64,000 nucleotides of DNA from an uncultured delta proteobacterium (GTDB lineage: Bacteria > Desulfobacterota > RBG-13-43-22). The stretch is taken from contig CAVUPH010000014.1 of NCBI GenBank assembly GCA_963743305.1, forward strand, positions 256,001 through 320,000, read 5' to 3'. Within the stretch, counting starts at the first letter, position 1, and the number at the start of each line of letters is the position of its first letter. The notes under the pieces were generated by a model, which saw only the letters and a list, made by a program, of their open reading frames with translations, did no database searches and was not told the DNA's origin. Position numbers and translations under genes: made by a program. This document shows positions 22,801 to 33,072 of the stretch, in pieces.

Positions 22801-25800
22801 TCACAGTACGGCAGTTTGACTGTCGATTCGATCACGCCCTCCGCCGGCGTAACGGGCGTCGTGAATAATACCTCGGGCAGCACCCTTGACCTCACGGTCG
22901 ACGCCCTGCCTCCCGGAGAGCAGGTGGTGATCCAATACCACGCCGCTGCCGGGCCGCTGGCCGCGGGGACAACTATCACCAACACCGCCAACGTCACCTG
23001 GACGAGTCTGCCCGGGGCAAACGGAACCGGCGGCGCAACGCCGGGGAGCGCGGGATCGGGTACTGGCGAGCGCACCGGCGCGGGAAGCGGTGTGAATGAC
23101 TACACGGCTTCCTCTTCTGCCCTGGTGCTCGTTGCCAATGTGGCCCTGACGAAGGAACTCCTCGCCCCTCAACAACGCTATGCCATCGGCGATACGGTGC
23201 AGTACCGGGTGCAGATCACACTGCCGGAGAACAGCACCTACACTTCTACTTCGGTACAGGACATCCTGGTTGAGGGACTCTCCTACCGGATGGGGACATT
23301 AAGCGTTACCTATCCGGCAAACGTCACGTCCTCAATAAGCCCTGCCGACTTTACGCGGACCGACAATGCGCCATCGGCCGGGCAGGAGATCTTAAGCCTG
23401 AATTTCGGGACCCTGGCCAATGCCAATGCTACGCCACGGACGATCATTCTGTCCTATCAGGCCCTAGTGGACAATATCATTTCCAATCAAGACAACCAGA
23501 GTCTGACCAATAGTGTAACCCTCACCTTTACCGATCCCGGCACCGGCCTGCCTGACACCCGCACGGCAGGCACGACCCTAACAGTCGGCGAACCGCACCT
23601 GACCCTGGCCAAAGCGATCACGTCGCCGCTGGCCGGGCTCGATGCCGGAGACCCGGTTTCCTTCCAGGTGACGCTCGGCAACAACGGCACGATGACCGCT
23701 TATGAGACTGTCCTGACGGACATCCTGCCTGCTGGCCTGGTAAACCTAACGAATGTCCAGGTGGGCTCAGCGGGGGGCGCGCCCACGCCAAGTCTGACCA
23801 ATACCGGCTCGCAGTGGCAGAGCGCAGCCATAACGGTCCCCGTGGGCGGCACCGTGACGGTTACCTATGACGCCCATTTGGCCCCAACCGTAATACCGGG
23901 TCAGCAAATCCAGAATACCGTTACGGCCACCTTTACGAGCAGGAGCGGTTCCGATCCGAACGAACGGGACGGGAGTACCCCCGGTAGCCATGAAGATGAC
24001 AGCAATCTCAATAACTACAACGTTTCTGCCAATGCGCCGGTGATTACGGTCAAGGATCCCATAGCAATCACCAAGCAGTTCCATCCCGACGTGGCGAAGA
24101 CGACCTACACCATCGGCGAAAACGTGCGCTACCGGATTACGCTCTCGTTGGTCGAAGGGGTGGTGAACCAGGTGTCGGTTAGCGACACCCTGCCCGCGGG
24201 TCTCTCCTATGTCAGTTCCCTGGTGGGCGTCGGCACGACCCACATCACCTACAGCGGCAACGCCGCAGCGGCGGTCGCCGGTCAGACGCTCACCTTTGAC
24301 CTGGGCCAGGTGACAAACATCGCCGACGGCAACAGCGCCAACGACTTCATCACCATCGACCTAACGGCGAAGGTGATGAACGTCGCGGATAACCAGGACG
24401 GCACGGTCCTGGGCAACAACGCCCGACTGAGCTTTGCCGGCCCACTTGGCGGCAGCAGGTAGCCCGCGACTTTGACGCCGACATCAACACCTCGGGCATC
24501 CAACCGTTAAACCTGACGGTGATCGAACCAAACCTTCAACTTTTAAAGAGGGCCAACCCGACCTCCGTCTCCCTGGGAGACGAGACAACCTTCACCATCG
24601 TTGTCGACCACACCGCGACCAGCCGGGCCAATGCCTATGATATTGTGGTCACGGACACTCTTCCCTTGGGCTTGACCTATGTAGACGGCTCGGGGACGCT
24701 GACTCCGGTGGCAAGCGGTCAGACGCTCACCTTTACGATCGAGGCCTTGACCCTGGCGGCCGATCAGACCGCAATCAGCTTCCGAGCCAAAGTGGATCCG
24801 GCGTCCGTCGCCGGGATTGCCCTGACCAACCGGGCTGAAGCCACCTATACCTCTCTGGCGGGGAGCCGCCCGGACGAGCGAAACGGCACGGGAGGTCTCA
24901 ACGACTACACCGCTTCATCCTCTGCCACCCTAACCCCTTCGACGGCTTCAGCGATCGAGGCCGCCAAAACAGTGACCGACCTGAACGGCGGGCTGGTGAT
25001 GCCCGGGGATACCCTCGAATATACCGTGACCCTCACGAATACCGGGGGCAGCGCTCTGACCCAGATTCGGTTTACCGACCCGCTGCCGGCCTACACTACC
25101 TATGCCGGAAGCTTGACTACGACCAAAGGTAACGGATCTATGACCGGGGGCCTGATCACCGTTACTATCGACAACCTGGCCCCCGCAGAAACGGCCATTA
25201 TCCTCTTCCGGGTTACGGTCAACGGCAATAGCCTGTCAGGCACGGTCATCTCCAATCAGGGAACGGTGGACAGCGCCCAGACCGTCCCCCGACCGACTGA
25301 CAGCGACGGGGACCCGAACAACGGCTATCAACCCACGGAGGTGGTGGTGGGCGGTGTGTCTCCGCAAGAAACCCGACTTTACACCGAAAAATCGGTGGCG
25401 CTCTTAACCGATGCCGATGGCAACGGAAGTCTCAGCGTCGGAGATACCGTGCGGTATACGGTTACGCTGAGAAACACAGGAAATGTGTCGCTGACCCACG
25501 TGACCTTTAGCGACCCCATTCCGGCCGACCTTTCTTATGTCAGCGGGAGTGCTGAGATTACCCCGGAGGGGGTGGTCGAAGTGTTGGGTGCGAACCTGGC
25601 GGCCGGCGTGGCGTCCTTGGCGGCAGGCGAAGTGGCCGAAATCCGTTTCGATGTCACTATCGAAAAACCAGGTACCTTTACCAATCAAGGCATGGCGGCT
25701 TCGGATCAGACGGAATCCGCTTTGACCGACTCGGACGGCGCCCCGGAAAATGGGAGTCAGCCGACTCGGTTTAACGCGGTGGCCGCGAACGACGTGGGCG

Positions 25801-26543
25801 CTCCTTCTTTGGTCATGGAAAAGCTGGCGGTACTGACCGAGGATTTTAACGGCGACGGGCTGGTGAACCCGGGGGAAGCAATCACCTATATCATTACCCT
25901 GCAGAATATCGGTTCCAGCGCTGCCGAGGATGTCCGTTTAAGCGATCCTTCACCGACCTTGACCAACATGATCTCTGGTTCGGTGACCTCGACTCACGGG
26001 GTAGTCTTATCGGAAAATCCGGTGACGGTCAATATCGGTCAGCTCAACCCCGGGGAGATAGTCATCGTTCGATTCCGGGCACGCATCCGTGCCGACGTAC
26101 CCAACGGCTCCTCCGTGCTGAATACGGCTACGGTTTCTCAGGCCGGGGGCGAACCGCTTCAAGCTCAGCAAACCACCTTGGTTTTAAGCGCTCCGGTAGT
26201 GGTCGGCTCCTTATGCGGTTCCGTTTATAAGGATTGTGACCAGGACGCCACGCGAGATCCACTGGAACGGGGCCTCAGCGGGGTAACCGTTCATTTGTTC
26301 CGGGCCAATGGGACCTGGATCGCCACCGCCACCACCAATTTCCTGGGCGTCTATCGCTTTAACGGTGTGCCCGAGGGAACCTATACGGTTCAGGAGGTGG
26401 TCCCCCAGGGGTATCTCCCTTCTACCCCGAAGGAATTGTCTGTGTCGGTCATCGAAGGGGGAACGTCTACGTCCAGCTTCGGGGTCCAAACCCAGAATAG
26501 TCCCTGCCAAAGAAGAATCTATCTGCCGATCATTGTGAATTAA
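10856..26543 (+). CDS. Giant secreted adhesin-like protein (~5,200 aa): tandem DUF11/isopeptide-type Ig-like domains and a C-terminal SdrD-B-like domain; about 8 frameshifts
   Basis: Signal peptide ...[19 protein letters not shown]. Dozens of K-x-F-x-P...LTITxxN...D-x-LP-x-G...N repeats continue across ORF breaks (e.g. [14 protein letters not shown] near 14786). C-terminal [27 protein letters not shown]...GVYRF...[10 protein letters not shown]. Confidence 0.85.
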
Positions 26544-26550
26544 GGAATGG

Positions 26551-26580
26551 CAGGCCCCGGGGGCTCACCCCCGGGGCCTG
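26551..26580. terminator. 13-bp perfect hairpin between convergent genes
   Basis: CAGGCCCCGGGGG-CTCA-CCCCCGGGGCCTG, with no clear U-tract. Confidence 0.55.
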
Positions 26581-26951
26581 TAGGCCACGCAGTCGATCTC
26601 CACGGCCCCGCCCAGGGCAAGCTCCGCCTTTCCCACCGTAATCCGCGCCGGGGGATCCGTTCCCATGACCGCCAGGTAGGCCTGGTTCATCTCGCCAAAG
26701 GTCCCCATGTCGGCCAGGAAGACGTTGACCTTGACTACGTCTTCCAGCTCGGCCCCACAGGCCTTGAGGATCGTTTCGATATGCCGCAGGGTCTGGGTGG
26801 TCTGGGCCCCGGTTCCCCCCTCCACCAGCTCCAGGGTGTTGGGTTTGGTTCCCAGGATCCCGGAGACATAGATGAAATCTCCGGCCACCACCGCGTGGCA
26901 GAAAGCCGGCAGCCTGGCCAGCCCCTCCACGATAACTTTTTTTCCAGCCAT
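26565..26951 (-). CDS. ridA: RidA/YjgF/YER057c/UK114 family protein
   Basis: HAVVAGDFIYVSG, VVKVNVFL, PPARITV, VEIDCVA. RBS AAGGAGG before ATG 26951. Confidence 0.85.
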   Translation of the reverse strand: MAGKKVIVEGLARLPAFCHAVVAGDFIYVSGILGTKPNTLELVEGGTGAQTTQTLRHIETILKACGAELEDVVKVNVFLADMGTFGEMNQAYLAVMGTDPPARITVGKAELALGGAVEIDCVAYRPRG

Positions 26952-27026
26952 ACTATCTTCCTCCTTTGCTCTCGAGAAATTTTCGGAAATCAATCCTTTG
27001 CCGGACGAAACTCCGCCACTTCGGTT

Positions 27027-28511
27027 TCAGAATTCGGTGGTTGAGATTTCGTCGTCTTGATCATCCCTTTTTTTTTCACGGAAAAGCTTAAACGTCCGGA
27101 TCAATAAGGCCCAAGCGATCCAGGCGCAAAAAACGATTAAGGGGAGGGTGGCCCAGCGGGGCCAGAAGATCAAAAGCAGGGTGACGGTCAGTAGCAACAC
27201 CCCGGCCAGGCCGGTGATTCTGGCTTCCGCGGGGCCTAAGAGGCGGTGGTTGGTGATGGCCGCCCCCACGGTGCCGCTGAGCCGGATGGCCCGAATTCCC
27301 GCCCGTCCCACACTGCCTGAACTGAAGGGTCGGTCGGGGAAGCCTCGTCGCGGGGAAGCCGACGAAAGACGCACCTTTCCCCGCAAACTGATGACCACCT
27401 CCGTGGACGACCTCAAATCTTCCTCATACATATTTTCCATGGCCCGGGCGAAGGTTTGATCCTCCACGGCCACATCTAGTTCGTAATTACCCATCCAACT
27501 GGCGATATTCAGATTGGTGGAACCCACCCGGGCCCAACGGCCGTCGGCCACGGCTGTCTTGGCGTGAATCATGGGACCGTTCCATTCAAAAACCCGGACA
27601 CCGGCTTCCAATAAAGGCTGGTAGGCCGCCCTGGAAATTCCCCGCAGCAAGGGAATATCCGTGGCCCCGGGAAGCAGGAGGCGCACATCCACACCGTCCT
27701 GGGCGGCTGCCCGTAGGGCCTGGACGTACGAACTGGTCCCCATAAAATAGGCGTCGGTCAACCACAAGGTCTGCCGGGCCAGAGCGGCGATCAGCAGGTC
27801 CAAGCGGTAGAGGCCGGCCGTGGAGGGAACGGTGCCGATCACCCGCAGGGCGACGCTTCCGGCCGGCGGGATCCGGTCCGGAGGGGGGACCTCTTCGGGC
27901 GGCAAGGGTTCGCCCACGGTAGCCCAGACCTCGTCAAAGGATCGTTCCAGATCGACCAGGGCCGGACCGCGCACCTCCACGCCCGTATCCCGCCAGGGTT
28001 CAATCCCCTTTTCGGGTTCACCGGCCCACATCCGCCCTACGCATAAACCGGTGACAAAGGCAACACGACCGTCAACGGCGATCATCTTGCGGTGGTCCCG
28101 GGTGATCCAGCTCAGCGGGCTGTCCCAGTGAGGCGGATTGAAACAACGCACCTCCACACCCCTATCCCGCAGGTGCTTCCAGAATCGTCCGGAGGTCTTG
28201 CCGAAGCCGCCAACCCAGTCATAGAGGAGTCGGACTTTGACCCCTTCCCGGGCCTTGGCGGTCAATATTTCGGCGAATCGACGGCCGACTTCATCTTCGT
28301 GGATAAGGTAGCTCTCGAAATGGATGAACTTCCGCGCCGAAAGCAGGGCCTCTACCCAGGCCGGGTAATTTTCCCGAGCGTCCTTTAAAAGACGGAGGGC
28401 GTTTCCGCTAACCAGGGGAGCGCCGGCCGTCCGGGAGAGGACTTGCTCGGCCAATTGCCGGACAGGCAGCGTTGGTTCCCGGGATGACGGGGTGGGGTCC
28501 TTCGGATCCAT
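27027..28511 (-). CDS. cls: Cardiolipin synthase-like phospholipase D protein
   Basis: Two HKD motifs ([21 protein letters not shown]...GSTNL) and WRDT. Start position uncertain. Confidence 0.85.
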   Translation of the reverse strand: MDPKDPTPSSREPTLPVRQLAEQVLSRTAGAPLVSGNALRLLKDARENYPAWVEALLSARKFIHFESYLIHEDEVGRRFAEILTAKAREGVKVRLLYDWVGGFGKTSGRFWKHLRDRGVEVRCFNPPHWDSPLSWITRDHRKMIAVDGRVAFVTGLCVGRMWAGEPEKGIEPWRDTGVEVRGPALVDLERSFDEVWATVGEPLPPEEVPPPDRIPPAGSVALRVIGTVPSTAGLYRLDLLIAALARQTLWLTDAYFMGTSSYVQALRAAAQDGVDVRLLLPGATDIPLLRGISRAAYQPLLEAGVRVFEWNGPMIHAKTAVADGRWARVGSTNLNIASWMGNYELDVAVEDQTFARAMENMYEEDLRSSTEVVISLRGKVRLSSASPRRGFPDRPFSSGSVGRAGIRAIRLSGTVGAAITNHRLLGPAEARITGLAGVLLLTVTLLLIFWPRWATLPLIVFCAWIAWALLIRTFKLFREKKRDDQDDEISTTEF

Positions 28512-28566
28512 ATAAATTCTATCTATCATAGGGCGGGTTAGGGGACCATCGTTTTCGCCAGTGATA

Positions 28567-29727
28567 TCAAGCCGTCTCCACCGTGCCCCGCAGGATCCGA
28601 ATCCGCAATCCTCCGTGAGATAACGATATCCCTTGATCAAAGCGCAGCCCGGTATTCCGAGTCAAGGGAAGACTCGAGCTAAGGAGAGCGACCTGCCAGC
28701 CCGGACACTTGGCTCGCAGGACCTTGCCGAATTGAGCATAGAGGTTCCTCAGGTCTTTTTGCCGGCTGACCCGAACTCCAAAAGGCGGATTGGTAACCAC
28801 CCAGCCGGGTCCCGCCGGCACCTCAATCGATGAAACGGCCCGGCAGGAAAATTCGATGAGGCGGCCCACCCCGGCCCTTTCGGCATTTTCCCGGGCGGTC
28901 TTAATGACCCCCTGATCCCGGTCCGATCCGCTGAGGCTGGGGGTAAAACCCTTCAACCCGGGGGCGGGGGTATTCAAAAGAGACTGCCATTTCCGGGCCT
29001 CAAAAGAGGGCCAGTTCATAAAGGCAAAGGGCCGGTTCAATCCCGGCGGAATGTTATAAGCCTGCAAGGCGGCTTCAATGGGGATGGTGCCGGAACCGCA
29101 AAAAGGGTCTATCAGGGGAGATGCCCCGTCCCATCCGGAGGCCAGGAGCAGTCCCGAAGCCAGGGTTTCTCTCAGCGGGGCCTTCCCTCCCGCCAGCCGG
29201 TATCCTCTTCGATGGAGCAACGATCCGGAAGAATCGAGACTGACGGTCACCTGGTCATTTACCACCCGGGCCATGATGATTTGCGGCCCTGGGAATGTTT
29301 CGTTTTCATCGCCCGACTGAACGGGGGGAAGTCGACCCAACCGGTCGGCAATGGCCCCGACCAGACGCTCGGCCACGGCCTTCTGATGATACAGACGGGA
29401 TTGGTGACAGGTGACCCGGAAAACCACCGGGCTCCCGGGTGGGAGTACCTCTTCCCAGGGAAGTTGACCGGCCTTGCGGCGCAGCTCGCTGAACGCGGCC
29501 GCGTGAAAAGTCCCGAAGCGGACCAATATCCGCTCGGCGGTCCGCAAATTAAGATTCGCCCGGTAGAGATCCGTCAGCTCCCCCGAAAAGGAAATCCCGC
29601 CGATCTCCTCATCGGCCGGGTGCTCCGGCGCTGAGGAACCCGGGTCGGGAGGAAAGAGACCCAGGGCCTCCAGCTCGTGTGCCGTAAAAGACTCTAATCC
29701 TGGAGTACAGACGGCGAAAAATTCCAT
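28567..29727 (-). CDS. THUMP-domain class I SAM RNA methyltransferase (RlmL-like)
   Basis: LHRRGYR...[24 protein letters not shown]. Confidence 0.9.
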   Translation of the reverse strand: MEFFAVCTPGLESFTAHELEALGLFPPDPGSSAPEHPADEEIGGISFSGELTDLYRANLNLRTAERILVRFGTFHAAAFSELRRKAGQLPWEEVLPPGSPVVFRVTCHQSRLYHQKAVAERLVGAIADRLGRLPPVQSGDENETFPGPQIIMARVVNDQVTVSLDSSGSLLHRRGYRLAGGKAPLRETLASGLLLASGWDGASPLIDPFCGSGTIPIEAALQAYNIPPGLNRPFAFMNWPSFEARKWQSLLNTPAPGLKGFTPSLSGSDRDQGVIKTARENAERAGVGRLIEFSCRAVSSIEVPAGPGWVVTNPPFGVRVSRQKDLRNLYAQFGKVLRAKCPGWQVALLSSSLPLTRNTGLRFDQGISLSHGGLRIRILRGTVETA

Positions 29728-30985
29728 TTATCCCGCCGATTTTCTAAGCCGGTTGATCCTTTCCACTAGAGGGGGATGGGAATAATGAAACCGGACATAG
29801 AAGGGATGGGGGTTCAGGTTGGTCAGGTTGTCGGCCGCCATCCGTTTAAAGGCTTCGATCAACGGTTCGGGCCGTTCCCATCTTGGCCAGGGCATAATCG
29901 TCGGCCTGGCGTTCATAGCGTCGGGAGAGGGCCAGGGGAAAAGGGGCCAGGAAGAAAGCCGCTTTTTGTCCGATGAGGCCCAGTAAAAAAAGACCGACAT
30001 AGGCTTTGGGTTCGCCGAAGCCGAAGGAAGAATAGAGTCCGGACCAACCCAGGAATCGAGCGGCCAGATAAAGCCCGGCCAGAGTAGAGGCGGCAAACAG
30101 CAGAAACTGTTTAAGGATGTGCTTTTTTTTGTAGTGCCCCAATTCGTGGGCCAGGATGCCTATGATTTCTTCCTGGGGATGGGCCTGGATCAGGGTATCG
30201 AACAGAACCACCCGTTTGGTTTTCCCCAATCCGGTAAAATAGGCATTGGTATGGCCGCTGCGTTTTCCGGCGTCCATCTGAAAAATCCCTTTCAGACCGA
30301 CCCCGGCCGTTTTCATCAGTTCGGTGATCTTTTCCTTCAAATCTTCCGCTTGAATGGCCTCAAACTTATTGAAGAGGGGAGCGATGAGTACCGGGTAGAG
30401 TACGGCCAGCACCAATTGAAATGACGAGAGGAACAGAAAGCCCCAGACCCACCAAAATTGAGGGGCGGCCTGGATGAGCCAGAGGACCAGGGAAAAGACC
30501 AGAGTAAAGAGAAGCAACGAAAGCAGGCCCGCCTTCAGGTGATCTAAAATCCAAATTTTGAGGGTGGCCCGGTTGAAACCGTATTTTTCTTCCAGCACAA
30601 AGGCTTGATAATAATCAAAAGGCAAATCCAGTAAGGCATTCAAAAGCCCGGGGATCATAAAAAACAACAGGCCCGTGAGAACCGAATTCCAAGACAGGCG
30701 GGTCAGCAGGTTATCCAAGAAGGGGAAGAAGCCCCAGAGAATCAGACCCAGGAAATAGAGTTCGGAAAAGACCAGGTGAATCGACTCGAATCGGCTCCGC
30801 TCCCCCGAATAGGCAATGGTCTGTTTCACTTTTTGTCCATCCATGAACCCTTCAAATCCCTCCGGTACCCGGCCGCCATGTTTTTGCTGATGATCCCGGT
30901 TCATTCGCTCCATCCCCAGAGCGAAGATCAACTGAAGCAGATAGAGCCCCACAAAACCACCAAACAAAAAATTCCATTGAGGCAA
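29728..30985 (-). CDS. M48 (Ste24-like) zinc metallopeptidase, frameshift near 29880
   Basis: NAYFTG.GKTKRVVLFDTL, AHELGH, ERQADDYA. C-terminal YSHPPLVERI lies in the next frame. Confidence 0.9.
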
Positions 30986-31007
30986 AAAGAACTCCTTAGT
31001 TTATTGC

Positions 31008-31097
31008 CGTCTTGCCGGACTTGATCCGGCATCAAGGTCCTTTGAGGCTTAGCTGAGGCCTGGATTCCGGATCGCGCTTCGCTTGTCCGGAATGACG
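31008..31097. repeat. REP-like palindromic element
   Basis: CGTCTTGCCGGACTTGATCCGGCATC...TGGATTCCGGA...TCCGGAATGACG: two hairpins in inverted arrangement. Confidence 0.7.
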
Positions 31098-31293
31098 AAC
31101 TGACTCGACCCGTTTAAAGCCTATTTACCTGCTTCGGGGTGCCCACCCCGGGACTGCGGTTTTAGTATGGAAAAGTTTAACTTTGAATTCAAGCGGAAAA
31201 CGATGCGCCGCGCTTTCTGACTTGGATTATTTCCAAGCATCGTCCTTTCCTGTTTTAAATTAAGAAAGCTTTCGGTTAAACTGGGAGAAGGCC

Positions 31294-33072
31294 ATGCATT
31301 TTTTAAAATCCTTCAGCGCCTTCCTCAAGGCAGGTTTTATCTGCACGATTATAACCCTCACTGTTTCAGGGGTCTCCTCGGGGGCCGCGCCGACTTTAGC
31401 GGTGGTGGTGGAAGGACTGGAAGGAGAGTCCCAAAAAAACGTGGAACGGGCTCTCTCCCTACCGGAAGGAATCTTGGATAAAGATCGGGTCGATGAACTG
31501 TGGCTGGCCCTTTTCCAAAAGGATGTACCCCTGAAGGTCCGGGAAGCCTTGAAGCCTTTCGGCTACTATCATCCCCGTGTGGAAACCGTCAGCGAGAGGT
31601 CCTCCGATAAGCTTGTCCTGCGGGTCCACGTTGAACCCGGACCTCCGGTTCGGGTTCAAGCCCTAAGAATAGAGCTTCAAGGACCCGGGTCCGAGATGGA
31701 CAAACTCCGGGAGCCTATCTCCCTATTTCCGTTGAAAGAGGGGGATGTGCTCCGGCAGGACCTGTATGAGGAGGGAAAAACCGCCCTTCAGGACGCGGCC
31801 CGTGAATCCGGCTACCTGGACGCCTACTTTTCCACCCACAGCATTCATCTATCTTTAAAGGAAAATTCGGCCCAAATAAACCTGAACCTGGACACCGGCC
31901 CCCGATATTACTTCGGAGAGGTTGTCTTTGTCCCGCCCTTGACCTTTCCGGAATCCTTTCTGCGGCGGTACCTGGCTTTCCGCCCCGGCCGGCCTTATTC
32001 CCCGCGAGGCCTGGCCCGGACGCAACTCAACTTCAACAACGCCGACCGTTTCTCGGAAGTCACCATCGAGGCCGACAAAGAAGAGGCGCGGGATTACCGG
32101 GTGCCGGTCCGCCTTCGCCTGACGCCTTCCAAACTTAAGCGGTTCCGGTTCGGAGTCGGTTACGAAACGGACAACGGACCCGGAGTGCTGGTCCGCTATC
32201 AGGACCTGAATTTCAATCATTGGGGGCACGAGGCCAACGCCGAGCTGAGGCTTTCCGAGCGACTGCAGGGATTGGGCTTCGATTACATTCTGCCGGGTAC
32301 TCGTAATTTAGACGACAAGACCACTTTTAAACTGGGCTATAAACATGAAATCACCGATACCTACGATACGCGCTCCTTCTTTGCCGTGGGCGAAATCGTG
32401 CACCCTCTCGGCCGGGGTCGTCTGGGGTCGGCCTACCTACAACTGTTGCAGGAAGATTATACTATCGGCGACCAGAAAGGGATTGCCACCCTGTTGATCC
32501 CGGGGGCCCGATTCTGGCAGCGCCGTTACGACGACCTGGTTCGTCCCACCCGGGGCTACCGCTTTTCCATCGAGACCCGGGGGAGCACTCCGGCCCTGGG
32601 CGCCGACGGGTCCTTTCTGCAAGTCATTCCCCAAGGCGATGCCCTGATCCCCCTGGGAAACGGTTTCTCGCTCCTGTTGCGGGGCCAGATGGGCGCCTCC
32701 CTTCAGAAGGAACCCTTAAAAACTCTCCCGCCGTCTCTCCGCTTTTTTGCCGGCGGGGATCAAAGCGTCCGAGGATATGCGTATCAATCCCTGGGCACCC
32801 AGGATCCGTCCGGGAAAGTGGTGGGCGGGAAAAACCTGCTGGTCGGCAGCCTGGAAATCGAAAAGGCTATTACCCGCCTCTGGGGATTGGCGGCTTTTTA
32901 CGATGCCGGGAATGCCTTCGATGATTTCAGCCAATATAAATTGAAACAGGGCGCCGGTCTCGGCCTACGCATTTATACTCCCTTGGGCCCCATCCGACTC
33001 GATCTGGCGCGCCAGATCGGTGAAACCGACAACCAGTATCGGATTCATTTTTCCGTGGGGTTCGCCTTATGA
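31294..33072 (+). CDS. tamA: Autotransporter assembly complex protein TamA (Omp85 family)
   Basis: ALKPFGYY POTRA region, RFFAGGDQSVRGY, GPIRLDLA, C-terminal FSVGFAL. Confidence 0.92.
   Translation: MHFLKSFSAFLKAGFICTIITLTVSGVSSGAAPTLAVVVEGLEGESQKNVERALSLPEGILDKDRVDELWLALFQKDVPLKVREALKPFGYYHPRVETVSERSSDKLVLRVHVEPGPPVRVQALRIELQGPGSEMDKLREPISLFPLKEGDVLRQDLYEEGKTALQDAARESGYLDAYFSTHSIHLSLKENSAQINLNLDTGPRYYFGEVVFVPPLTFPESFLRRYLAFRPGRPYSPRGLARTQLNFNNADRFSEVTIEADKEEARDYRVPVRLRLTPSKLKRFRFGVGYETDNGPGVLVRYQDLNFNHWGHEANAELRLSERLQGLGFDYILPGTRNLDDKTTFKLGYKHEITDTYDTRSFFAVGEIVHPLGRGRLGSAYLQLLQEDYTIGDQKGIATLLIPGARFWQRRYDDLVRPTRGYRFSIETRGSTPALGADGSFLQVIPQGDALIPLGNGFSLLLRGQMGASLQKEPLKTLPPSLRFFAGGDQSVRGYAYQSLGTQDPSGKVVGGKNLLVGSLEIEKAITRLWGLAAFYDAGNAFDDFSQYKLKQGAGLGLRIYTPLGPIRLDLARQIGETDNQYRIHFSVGFAL

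Noticed and set aside
10985-26510. Many long antisense and alternative-frame ORFs within the giant gene (e.g. 17125-18807 minus)
   Set aside because: Shadow ORFs caused by GC-rich codon bias, with no recognisable motifs.
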